Positions 36,610 to 47,494 of a stretch of 64,000 nt of DNA are shown here, piece after piece. Numbering within the stretch: position 1 is the stretch's first letter; every line of letters begins with the position of its first letter. This stretch comes from Moniliella sp. 'wahieum' (taxonomy: Eukaryota): the NCBI GenBank assembly GCA_003971905.1, contig RSEE01000033.1, positions 124,001-188,000 of the forward strand. Reading direction: 5' to 3'. Under the pieces are notes generated by a model. That model was not told the origin of the DNA. It made no database searches and saw only the letters and a program-made list of their open reading frames with translations. Made by a program: the position numbers and the translations under genes.

Positions 36610-37075
36610 CTGGGCGCAGGCGCACTCGCCCCACAGCGCGCAGCGCCCGCCCCGCCCCTGCAGCCCCCTCTGCAGCGCCTCCTGCCGTGCGCACCGCCGA
36701 GGCTCGCTCAGCCCCTTTGGCGGCACACTGCCCCGCGCCCTCTCGCCCCTTTGTTCTGTCCCGCAGCCCCTGGACGCGGCTCTGCCCACGGCTCTGGGCC
36801 GCGGCCGAGTGCGCAGCGTCGTGCTGGCCCCCTGGTCGGGCACGGCGTCGGTGCTGTGCGCCGCCGGCGCTGAGCCGCTGATCGATGACTGGGTTAGTGC
36901 GGCGCTAGCGCTTCTGCGTACGCCCATGCACCATGCAGCGCTGGCATTCGCAACCACCCTCTTCCGCGGCGGAATGGGGCGGCCGTTGCAACCGAGCAGC
37001 GGCCAGGGCGGGGCGGCCAGTGCGAGGCATTCGATCGGCTGGGCCGCCGGCCGGTGCGTCTCTCCCCCCACCACG

Positions 37076-37938
37076 ATGGATCCCACCCAGCCCGCCTACG
37101 CCCCGCCCTCTCCCGCGACGAGTCCAGCGAGGAGGGCGCCCTCTCTGACAGCACCCCGCCTCCTCCCGCTGCCCCCATCCCCACCACCACCACCCCTCCT
37201 CCTCCTCCTCCACCGCCCCACCCGGCCCCCCACCCCCCACCCTCCCTGGGCCGCTCCCTGGGACCAGCCCCGCACCCCTCTACCACCGCCGCCCACCGCC
37301 TCCCCTCTCGCCACCCTCAGCGCACCCCCGAGCCCAAGCAGCCCTCAGAGACCGAGCCCCAGCCTCCGCTTCACCCCCCAGCGAACGCTCCCCCTGCAGA
37401 CCAACCGTCCCCCCACACGCACGTTGATGCTCAACAGCACTCTCCGTCTCCGCTCCCCCGGACCTCAACACACACCGCCACGCGCTGCAGCAGACAAAGA
37501 AGCTGCCCCCGGCCCCGTCTGAGCACGTGCAAGCCCAGAACCCCGGCTCAGAGCGCCCCCCTGAGCCCGCCGCCGATGAGACCATGAAGGAAGCAGCACC
37601 ATCAGAGGCGGCTTGGGACTGGGCCCTACGCCCGCCATCCCTTCTGCCCCGTTGGCTCCAACCGGCACGTCGATGGAGGTCTCCCCCCCTGTCCCGCAGT
37701 CCGACCCCCCAGTCGGAGGAAGTACCTATGGAACTGGACCCCGCTCCTGTGCCAGAGCCCGTGCCTGCACCGGACCCTGTCCTGCTGCCCAAGAAATTGG
37801 CGAGCCCAAGATGGATAAGACCTTGGCTCCTGCCCTGTCGTGCCGGCGACTGCATCTCTCCGGTGTCACTCCGGATGCAACTCTGGCTCCGGATTCTGCT
37901 CCTGCTCCCGCCCAGCTCCAGCTCCAGCTCCAGCTCCA

Positions 37939-37988
<50 letters not shown>

Positions 37989-40925
37989 CCTGCTCCTGTG
38001 CCTGCTCCTACTCTCGCCTCCGTTTCGGTTCAGCTCTGGCTCCTGCTCCAGCTCCAGCTTCGATTTAGCTCCAGCTCCTGCTCCAGCTCCAGCTTCGGCG
38101 GATTTAGCTCCGGCTCCTGCTCCAGCTCCTGCTGTTCAGCTCCGGCACCGGCTCCTGCCTCATCTAATACTCTGGCACCCACTCCTGCTCCAGCTTCTGC
38201 TTCTTCACCTGCCCCTTCGCTCTGCTTTAACATCTGCTCCAGTGCTTGATTCTGGTCTAGTTCTGGTCCTGGTCCCGATACTGCCCCTGCTGCGACCCGT
38301 GGTCCTGGCCCGGTGCCTGCTACTAGCCCGGGATAGTCTCGACGCCTGCTCCAACTCTGGCATCGGTGAAGCCCCAGCTCCAGCTCCAGCGCCAGCTCCA
38401 GCATCGGACCTTGTTTCCGCTCCCGCTCCGCTTCTCTGCGCACCCGCCGCTTCACCTACAGCTGCTGTAGCTGAGACGGTGACTGCTTCCGACCCGGGAC
38501 CTGCATTCTCTTCGACCCAGGCTCAGCTTCAGCTCCAGCTTCAGATGTGGCTCCAACGCCGGTTCCAGCTTCGGCCCCTGTCCCAACATCTCTAGCTCCA
38601 GCTGTGGCTCAGCCCCAGCTCCAGCCCAGCTCCAGTTGCGGCTCCGGCTGCGACTCGTCTCCGGCTCCGGTTCCAGCTATTTCTCCGGCCCCAGCTCCAG
38701 CTATTGCTCCGGCCCCAGCTTCAGCTCCAGCTCCTGCTCCAGCTCCTGCTCCAGCTCCTGCTCCAGCTCCTGCTCCAGCTCCGCTCCACGCTCCAGCTCC
38801 AGCTCCAGCTCCAGCTCCAGCTCCAGCTCCAGCTCCAGCCCAGCTCCAGCTCCAGCTCCAGCTCCAGCTCCACTCCAGCTCCTGCTTCAACTACTACTAT
38901 GCTGCAGCTACTACAGCTACTGTTCCGGCTCCAGCTTCAACTAATGCTCCAGCTCCGGCTCCTGTTTCTGCGCCGGTTCCTGCTCCCACATTAGCTCCCG
39001 TTCCAGCTGATGATCAGTTTCAGCACCCACTGCTGCTCCAGCTCCAGCTCCTGCTCCTGCTCCCATTGCTGTGCCTGCCTCTCCTCTGCATCAGCTCCAG
39101 ACGCAGATTGACTCCGGCACCAGGTCCGGTACCTACCCCTGCAGCAGTCCAAAACTCTGCTCCTACGGCATCAGATCTTACCTCGGCATCTGCTGCGACA
39201 ATCGGCCGCCCCTCCTACGGCAGTGGCTGTGCCAGTGGCTCAAGACTCTTCTGTGCTCGGGACGGAGGCACCTCTTCCTAAGGCGAGTGCTGCCCCCCCC
39301 TGCCGAGACGGATACGGTACCTGCCCCGCCTGCGCCCGCCACCAAGATCGCCAATGGCGCCGACCCGCCGCTGCGATTGAGAGTCACACTCCTCCAGCGA
39401 AAAGGGCGAACGGGGCAATGGAGGACCAAGAGCAGACCAGTTGCAATGGCAGCAAGAGTCGAATGAGACCGAGCTTCTACTACCTCTCGCTCCCGGCAAA
39501 CGACGATCCGGTACTACACCCCTACCGACGAGTCCTCCCGTGGCTCGCGCGCTTCCAGTTTGAGCCGTGACGCCGAGTGGGATTATGTGTATGCGACAAT
39601 GGGTCGGGAGGGAGTGGAGGCAGACGCGCCGCCCGATCGGGGGTACGAAGCACGATGGAATGGGATGCGGAGCAAGCGTGGGGCGAAACGCCGTCGACTG
39701 GATCACGACCAAGGTCTTGCCACGGCACCGGGGCAACAATTGCGCCGCCGCGAGGGAGTTGCGTTGGATCCGTTCGGGCAAGTTGGCAGGATGGGAGTGA
39801 ACACAAGGTCGACAAGGAGGTAGTTTTTTGTTGCATTTGTCTGGTGTTGTTTTGCCTTCTTTTCTTTTACGGGGGAGGCAGGGGGTAAAGGCAACAAGCT
39901 AACTTGGGTTACGTGCCTGTTGGGAACAGATTGACGATCGGCAACGCGCACGTGTGGCAGCGCTGCAGCGAACGGGGGTGAACGTGTTGCTAGCGGCCGC
40001 GCCGGGTCCCAAGCCTACTGTGCCGGAGAAAGAAGAAGGGTACACGCTGTTAGGCGAAGCTGATCCTGTGGTCAGCTCAGCGCGCGCTGGCCACGCGTAT
40101 CTTGCGTCCGGTCAGCTCGGCACGGGGGTTGCTCGAAAGCGCTGCGCTGCAGCGCACGTTTACCAACCCCCACCTGACCCGCTTGGCCGCGACGGCGATG
40201 GACCTGCGTGCTGGCGAGGCGAGCGTCGGGCGCGGTGTGGGGCGGATATGGCGGCGATAACGAGTACAACGCCGCGCGAGGCCGAGGGGGAAGAGACGGT
40301 AGCCCAGCACCGTGCGGCCGAGGCTGAGGCTGCGCTTGCGCGTTCCTCGGGCCCCGCGGGGGCGGGACAAGCGCAGGAAGATGTGCCTGGGCACACGTTT
40401 GGACCTGTGCCGCCGTCGGGGGAGCTGGATCCGTACTTTGCACGGCTGGATCGGTTGTTTGTTACTCCTGGTGGATTGCAGATCCCGTTGCCCGAGGCGG
40501 AGACGGAGACGGCGGCCACGCCGACGGCGGTACTGTCGATTGAGCAGCAACAAGAGGTGGTGCGTGCGGCGATGGAGTGCGTGTACGACCTGCATGCAGA
40601 TTCGACCGAGTATGCGGAACTGCTGGAAGAGGTGCAACGACGAATTGCGTCCGTGGTGCGCAAGCGGACGCGGCTGTGGCATGCGCTGCGTGTCTGGGCG
40701 CTGCGCCAACTGGAAGGACCCCAGCAACCGTCGACGGAGAGGCGGAAAGTGATGGCGAAGATACTTTTCCCGGTCGTCTTGGCCGAACGCATGCTCACCA
40801 CCGAACGGGTCCAGCTCGCCGCAGCCAAGGCCGAAGCCGCCGCCCAGCCCACCGTCAACCCCACCGACCGCAGGCGTACCGACCAAGGACGCGGACCGGC
40901 CAAGTCGAGGCGCAACAACCACTAA
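37076..40925 (+). CDS. Hypothetical protein: very long Ala-Pro repeat region plus C-terminal helical/coiled-coil domain
   Basis: ATG 37076 (MDPTQPAY), acidic/Pro-rich start, AP repeats, globular-looking segment ([34 protein letters not shown]-like), intron 39820-39929, C-terminal [65 protein letters not shown] at 40925. Confidence 0.6.
37905..39062 (+). repeat. Degenerate coding hexamer repeat (GCTCCW)n = (Ala-Pro)n
   Basis: Long runs of GCTCCA/GCTCCT, purest at 37913-37988 and 38720-38880. Confidence 0.9.
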
Positions 40926-41015
40926 GGTGCTTCGTCCGCGTTGGTCCGCCTTGCGCCTCCCACCACTGCATGCTGGCACTTAAAGTCGTAGTGTACTTTT
41001 TTCCGCGTCGAATTC

Positions 41016-41070
41016 GGATTGAGTATTGGATTGAGTATTGGATTGAGTATTGGATTGAGTATTGGATTGA
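41016..41070. repeat. (GGATTGAGTATT)4.6 tandem repeat
   Basis: Four perfect 12-bp copies plus a partial copy. Confidence 0.95.
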
Positions 41071-41462
41071 AGAGAAGACCCGTACCGCGTGGTGCAGTGT
41101 AGCGCAACGATGAGCGCGTGGAAACTGGCACAGAGGTAGGGCAGAAAACGTTGCACACAGTAGAAGAGGCCAAGATAGAGCAACAGGTGGTCAACGTTGA
41201 GTGAACGTTGAACGCTGATACTTCTATTGAGAGTTGATTAAGATTGTTGATAGCCGCGTTTGTTCATTATACGTTCATGGTACTCGCGTTGCCTGACACA
41301 TGTGCCGTGCCAAACAGCACATCTCGCTTGTCTATCCTAACTCGGTTAACTAGATTGCTTGATTGTCACGCTTAGTTTGCGGCCCCCTCGGTTTGGCTGG
41401 CATCCACTGCAGGTCTCGTGTGTATGGTAGCACAAGTGGACGAAAACGCACTCACTCTACGG

Positions 41463-41538
41463 CTCTTTCTCTTTCTCTTTCTCTTCTCTTTCTCTTTCTC
41501 TTTCTCTTCTCTCTTTCTCTTCTCTCTTTCTCTTTCTC

Positions 41539-41569
<31 letters not shown>

Positions 41570-41624
41570 CTTTCCTCTTTCTCTTTCTTCTTCTTTCTCT
41601 TTTCCTCTTTTCCTTTCTCTTCTC
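41463..41624. repeat. Polypyrimidine (TCTCTT-like) microsatellite
   Basis: ~160 nt composed only of C and T. Confidence 0.95.
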
Positions 41625-42952
41625 ACAGTTTCCACTCTCTTCTTGCAGCACACAGGGTTGAACGTTGAACAAGAACACTTGTGCTGCTCCATGTGACGCA
41701 GCCCCTCAATCTGGTGGAATAGAATCGGAGTGTTTTATCTTCTCCTGTAAAAGGTGTTATCGATATCGGCAATCGAGCATGGGTACTACGAGAGCTGTGG
41801 AAAAAGCGGGAAAAAAACAAGAAGCAAACCATAGCAGTGTAATGCGTAACGTAGTGTACTGTCGAGGCAGGTGCAACGGGGGAGAACACAGACTGGATAT
41901 ACGATGTCCGTCTCGCTCCCCGTCCTGCTGTTGAGCGCCTGGGCTCTGGGAGAGTCGAACTGAGTCGGTGAAGGCGAGAAGATGAAGAGAAGATGATCGA
42001 TGAGGTCATGAGGACTGCACCACACTGCTGCTGCTGCTCAACGTATGCACTGGGACTCGGCGCTCAACGTGCGTCACGCGTCACGACGCCTTCCGGACGC
42101 ACCGGCCGCGGTGAGATCGGACATCGATCTGACAAGTGGGGTGTGGTGTAGAAACGGGGTAAGACTGGCCAGCGTGTCGGCCGGTGTGGGCACAGAGGCG
42201 GTGTGCGGTACGTCCGGGACAGAGCGAGACAGAGGCGCACACTGCTCCTCTGCCGGTGGGGCACAGGCGCCGGCGGAGGAGGGGGGCAGTGTGTACGGCC
42301 TCCGGACAGAGGACGCCCACGTGGGGCGCCAGACACGCCGGGCCACGCTCCACGGCGCCAGCATGAGGTCATCGTCCGAGGCGGCGCCGGTAGGACACTG
42401 CCGCTGTGCGGAACCCCTGGGCTCGCTGCACCGACATCTCAGAGACACAGCCGCAGCCAAAGGCAGGAGGACGATGGCCGTTTGTGGGCTTGCTGGGCTG
42501 TTGGATCGGCAGCGTCCGGCCTCTGCCACAGAAGACGCTTCGGACGGGAGATAGCGCCCCGTGCTCCACTCCACCCTTCTCGATTCGTGCGTTGGGAGGC
42601 GTTGGGTCTCGGTTGTGCGACAACTGAGAGGCAGAGACGCAGTACTCTCATACATGTGGCCGGCCGGTCATGGCTCCACCGGGATGTCGAGGAGCACATT
42701 GACGACGTTGATGCGTGACGCGCCAAGCGTCAAGCTTCAAGCTCTTCAAGCATCGAAATCAAGCCTCGGGCGGGTGCGCAGGCAGCCACCGCTTAAATAC
42801 CGCGCCCCTTCCCCCGTGGGGACCATCCAACACCTCTCCTCCCCCACCCTCGTATCCTCTCTTCTCCCTCGACGCCGGTCGTCATCTCCCCACAAGCTTC
42901 TGGAAAGCTCCCCGTCCCCTCCTGCCCTCCCGCCCCGCTCATCCCATCTACC

Positions 42953-44029
42953 ATGCACCTCCGATTCCTCTTTGCCATTGCCGCTGCTGGTTCAGCGGCA
43001 GTCTCCGCCGCATCCTCCTTCCCCAAGCCCCGCGCCGCCGCTCCGGCTCTGGATGCCCGACGCCCCTCTCCGCCGCCTCGTATGGTACGTCGGCATCATT
43101 CGCACCGTCCCCACCGCCACGCCCACCACCGTCACCAGTCGGCAAGCCAGTCCGCGGCGTCCACTGCGCCTGCCAGCCACAACGACGGTGCAGAACCACG
43201 TAGCTGGTGCTAGCAGCAATTCCGCTCCGCCAGTGGCAGTAGCAGTAGCAAGTTGACCATGTCGAAGAACGGGCTGAGTTGGGCCGACGGCAAGTACCTC
43301 AACGTTGATCTGTTTACCAAATCGATGGGCTGGCTCTACTCGTGGGACGTCAGTCCCACCCAGGGTGACCCCACGGCTCCCTACTTTGTCCCTGATGGCA
43401 TCCAATTCTGGCCCATGCTCTGGAGCAACGAGCAGGAGCGTGTGGGCCCGTGGGAGCAGTACGTGCTCAACGACCGCAATGCGCCGCAGAACAAGGCCAA
43501 GGTCGCGATGGCCTTTAATGAGGTGAATCAGGAGGGTCAGGCCAACATGAAACAAGCCGATGCCTGTGGTGCGTTCCGGCAATACCTCATGCCTCTTAAG
43601 GATGACGACTGGACCATCATTGGTCCCTCGACCAACGGTGCCCCCGATTCGATTGGTTGGATGCAGGCATTCAAATCCATGTGCCCCGATGCGTACAATG
43701 CGATTGATGCGCATTCGCTGCACTACTATGGTACCGACCCGCAAGCTGCCATCTCTTATCTCGAACAATGGCACAACACATTCCCCGAAAAGGATGTGGT
43801 GATTACCGAGATTGGATGCATGAACTACGGCGGTCAGCAAACGCCCACTTGGGCACTGCCTTCCACTTTGTTCAAGGGGTCAACCAATGGGCTCAACAAA
43901 CGGACTGGGTCAAGGGCTTGGCCTTTTACGCCCCCTCTCTTGCAGATCAACATCAACCAAAACTCACGTCTTGCCACCAGTGGTGGCCAGCCCACGCCCC
44001 TGTTTGACTTTTGGGTCAACAATTCGTAA
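42953..44029 (+). CDS. Secreted GH128 (Asl1-like) beta-1,3-glucanase
   Basis: Signal peptide MHLRFLFAIAAAGSAAVSA, His/Ser-rich linker, then KNGLSW, WLYSW, FWPMLW, AFNEVN, GQANM, IIGPS, WMQAF, DAHSLHYY, VVITEIGC (two catalytic Glu contexts); indels near 43200 and 43860. Confidence 0.88.
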
Positions 44030-45016
44030 ACGACTTGTCCATTTGTCCCTACACTTGGATGCCGTTTTCACATGGTTTCGAGCAAAAAGCGCGAACGATC
44101 AGCTGGTCTATCGGTCGTGCGCTCGTGACTCTATCCTACTAGATCAAATCCCTTTTCCCCATCCATCTTTGGTCTCTTTCTTCCCCCTCGGTTCCCCTTT
44201 CACTACCTCCTTTTCGATTTTCTGCTATATATCTTGCACAACTTCCTTTTTGTAACGCCATCACATGTCGAAATTACTACCCTATCTCTATTCTGGATCC
44301 ATACCATTGACAGAGCATGCACGGAATCCCACGGTTGGTTCGTCTCGCCTTGTTCGCCTCGACTCTCATCTGACCTGTTTCGCCGTCGTACGTCCCTTCT
44401 GTTATATGTCGACGCCGTTCCTGACCTTGTTCGCCCTACCAGTGTACATTCCGACTTCATCCCGCTTGCCCTCGCTATACTGGCCGACTTGATCGCCTGA
44501 CCCATGAGTCCGTTGCACACTGTCTTCTGTGTCTCTCGCTAACCCTGTGCTGCTGTTGACTTGGCCAGCTTCTCCCTAGTGCGCACTCCCCTCACACTAA
44601 CCTGCCACTTTTTGTACCGCTCACTGCTCTACTACGTTGTGGTGCTTCCGTCCTGCGTCACATGTCACACCTAACCGTGGTTGCCGTGTAATCGATAATT
44701 GCTTCCCAGCGATCTTCGAATGCATTTTCTATACGTAAAAAATACCTACCCTGCCTGTAAATCTAGTAGTTCTGCATCAATGCCAGCCCCATCCAGACAG
44801 CCGGTTAGAGGGCCTACTAGCACGCATCCAATCAACAGCTAAGCGTTTGGGCGCATTTGGGCTAAGCGCTTGAGCGCATGTGGCCAAAGTGTCCAAACGT
44901 CCCGAAGAGGAAAATTTACTCATTTTTGGGTGATGTGGTCGGCTTAAGCAGAATATTAATGTTTCATGACCGCCCGTGGCTACGTTGCCGTTGGCCATGT
45001 CGCGGAGGAACGCTAC

Positions 45017-45114
45017 CCACACATCCGTCCCCAGGTCCACACATCCGTCCACAGGTCCACACATCCGTCCACAGGTCCACACATCCGTCCACAAGTCCAC
45101 ACATCCGTCCACAC
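45017..45114. repeat. 20-bp minisatellite (CCACACATCCGTCCACAGGT), ~4.8 copies
   Basis: Directly visible, no spacers between units. Confidence 0.95.
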
Positions 45115-46051
45115 ATAAGCACCGATAGATGTTCCCAACCTCCACCCCCACCCCCCCCCCTTCCCCTTCCCCCTTCTCCAATCTCCCGCCATCTCCATGC
45201 CCAGGACCACCTCGCTGCTCTTCTCCACCCTCCTCTCCGCCCCCATGCCCTTTGGGCAGTGCACCGCCCTGCTCATCCAGCACCCCTCGCCCAGCAGGCT
45301 GCCGCACTGGCTGATCTCGACGCTGGCTTCGAGTACGAGCGCCTGTTGGCGATCGTCGGTGCTGCGGCGATCAGGCAAGAACGCTTTTAGGTAGTAGTAT
45401 ATATATCTAGGTTGTGTGCATTCCATTGACAGAGCTTAAGGCTGGGACAGGGGGAACGCTACGTCTAAACCGAACCGTTCATCTTGCGGGGGTTACTTGG
45501 GGGCGCCACCAGGGTCAAGGAACCAGGGGGATCGCCAGGATATCAGGACCCTCCGGCTCACGCCATCCGGTCCCGTACCCTAGGAAGCGCGTGTGGACAC
45601 GGAGGAACGTGGTTGACATCCGAGCGAGGAACCATTTCCACTGAGACTTAGTAGCCAACTCCTTCCAATGCGCAAAAACTTGCCCGCCGTCTTGGTGCCG
45701 TAGTATCCTCAGTCGCCTCGTCAAAGCCAGGGGGAAAAACGGCTCTTGAGTGCGTCCCTGGTACTTGGCGTTCTTGTCGCATTCTGCTTGTTCAAGCATC
45801 CGAAGCAGCTCCTTCTCCCGGCGTTCCAAGGGGGTTGCGGTGCTCTCATGCACCACCCCCCGGAACGCGCTCTGCAATGATAGTAAGGCCTGAAAAAGGG
45901 CTACAAGCAGAACTTGATCTCCATGACGAATTGCTCGTATAGAAGAGACTGGCTGTATTCAAAGAAAGGGCACGAAAACGGTATATGCATCACTTTTGAC
46001 TACTAATGCATCTCACTAGTGCAGTACCGAGTTGTCCTCGGCGCACTGAGT

Positions 46052-46516
46052 ACTGATAGCTCATCGAAATTTCTGGCCCACAACCTATGGGGCCTTGTGA
46101 GCCTCTCGCCACACAAGCCTCGTCTGTGCGCAGCTGACGGAACCGAGTCGACCACGTCTGGTGGCATGGTCTTGCCTGATATCCTTCGCGTCAAGAGGCC
46201 GGCCATGCCGCCCAACAGTTGAGCATCAACGAAACGGGCGCTTCGAGCGGACGGTTGACGGTGACGGTTGCCCCCGATGGGACTCGACGGTCAGTACCTA
46301 TGCTTTGTCCTTGTCCACCCATGCACTGATAACGCCTTTGAGCAGGATGACTGGAAATGGCGCTCTGGTTGTCTCGACCTTGCGATCATCTTGCCGCCAG
46401 CTTTCCTTGTAGCAAGGTTGTGGCAATGCTGATCTGATCGACTAGCAGTATCAAAGTACTATCTTGTGGCAAGATCCGCGGTAACGTTGTGACCAGAAAT
46501 TTCGATTAGCTATAGT
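46052..46516. mobile_element. Non-autonomous ~465-bp element bounded by imperfect ~32-bp inverted repeats (MITE- or Helitron/Helentron-like)
   Basis: Left ACTGATAGCTCATCGAAATTTCTGGCCCACAAC (46052-46084); right GTTGTGACCAGAAATTTCGATTAGCTATAGT (46486-46516) is its near reverse complement; no transposase ORF inside. Confidence 0.6.
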
Positions 46517-46585
46517 TGGATCGATAACCGACCGGCAACCCACACAACCGGCTACCCCCCAACCACTTTTACCCGCCCTCTGCCC

Positions 46586-47494
46586 TCAAGCACCCGATCC
46601 TGCCGCGGACCCACCTACCCGCGCCGGCCCCATCGCTCGCACACACCCACGTGCGTGTTGGCTCTGTTGGTTCCGCCGGTTGCTCTCCTGCCCAGCCTGA
46701 TCGAGCGCAGAGAACGCCCGCACAGCGCGCAGAGCATCCACGTACGGGACCGCGCGCAGGGCGTAGGCCAACGCAAAGTCACGTACACCATTGAGCAATA
46801 GGGCATGGAAGAACGAGTCTGGGATCGCGTGGGCGTTGGCCAATTGAAGCTGCTGCACCAGGTCGCGATGCTGCGACACATACGTCGCACCACTCTCCCG
46901 GCCCTGGCGTAGGCGGTGGATGCGACCAATCAGGTCGGCGTGAGCCGAGAAGGTGATGGTGCCGAACGCCTGGGTGAGAGCGTGACGATATGCCGAGGCC
47001 AAACGGAACCGTGGGGCACCACATCCCACCATCTCGTCCACGCGCAGACGTGCACCTGGGGAAAGGCCGGCGGTAACGACTTGGACCAGCGCAGCGTCGA
47101 ACGCTTGATGGTAGACACGGCTGGTGGTCCGACCGCGAAAGGCGATCGCTGCGTACGGGTGGATAGCGGCAATCCGGGAATCCATGTTGCTCATCCAGTC
47201 CAGGAACGAGAAGGGGGTGGGGGCTTCTGGTAGCTGCTCCTGACGCGCTTCAGCGGCAGCACAGGTAATGGGGCTTTGCACGTGCAGCGGAACGAGCGCG
47301 GGGATGTCGAAGGGCTGGAAGGGCATCACGGGGTCCTCGTCGGGTTCATCCGCGGGACCCAAGGGCTCATCGAGCGCATGCGGCGTGGGCGGGGTGCCAG
47401 GGGTGGATACACGGGGAGAAGGTGCATCTTCCACGTCCGAGTCGCCGTGGCGGGGCTCTGCAGCGGCCGGGAAGCGAGCATGTGCGGCGGGCAT
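46586..47494 (-). CDS. Stand-alone retrotransposon Gag-like (copia/UBN2-type capsid) ORF, 302 aa
   Basis: Uninterrupted ORF from ATG 47494; pattern ALTQAFG..ADLIGRIHRLRQGRESGATYVSQHRDLVQQLQLANAHAIPDSFFHALLLNGV resembles LTR-retrotransposon Gag; no pol, zinc knuckle or LTR seen. Confidence 0.65.
   Translation of the reverse strand: MPAAHARFPAAAEPRHGDSDVEDAPSPRVSTPGTPPTPHALDEPLGPADEPDEDPVMPFQPFDIPALVPLHVQSPITCAAAEARQEQLPEAPTPFSFLDWMSNMDSRIAAIHPYAAIAFRGRTTSRVYHQAFDAALVQVVTAGLSPGARLRVDEMVGCGAPRFRLASAYRHALTQAFGTITFSAHADLIGRIHRLRQGRESGATYVSQHRDLVQQLQLANAHAIPDSFFHALLLNGVRDFALAYALRAVPYVDALRAVRAFSALDQAGQESNRRNQQSQHARGCVRAMGPARVGGSAAGSGA

Noticed and set aside
41363..41696. ORFs rich in Leu/Phe/Ser or Arg/Glu/Lys
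   Set aside because: Translations of the CT microsatellite.
45017..45114. CRISPR-like array (also 5171-5248 and 41016-41070)
   Set aside because: Head-to-tail tandem units without unique spacers, eukaryotic context, no cas genes.
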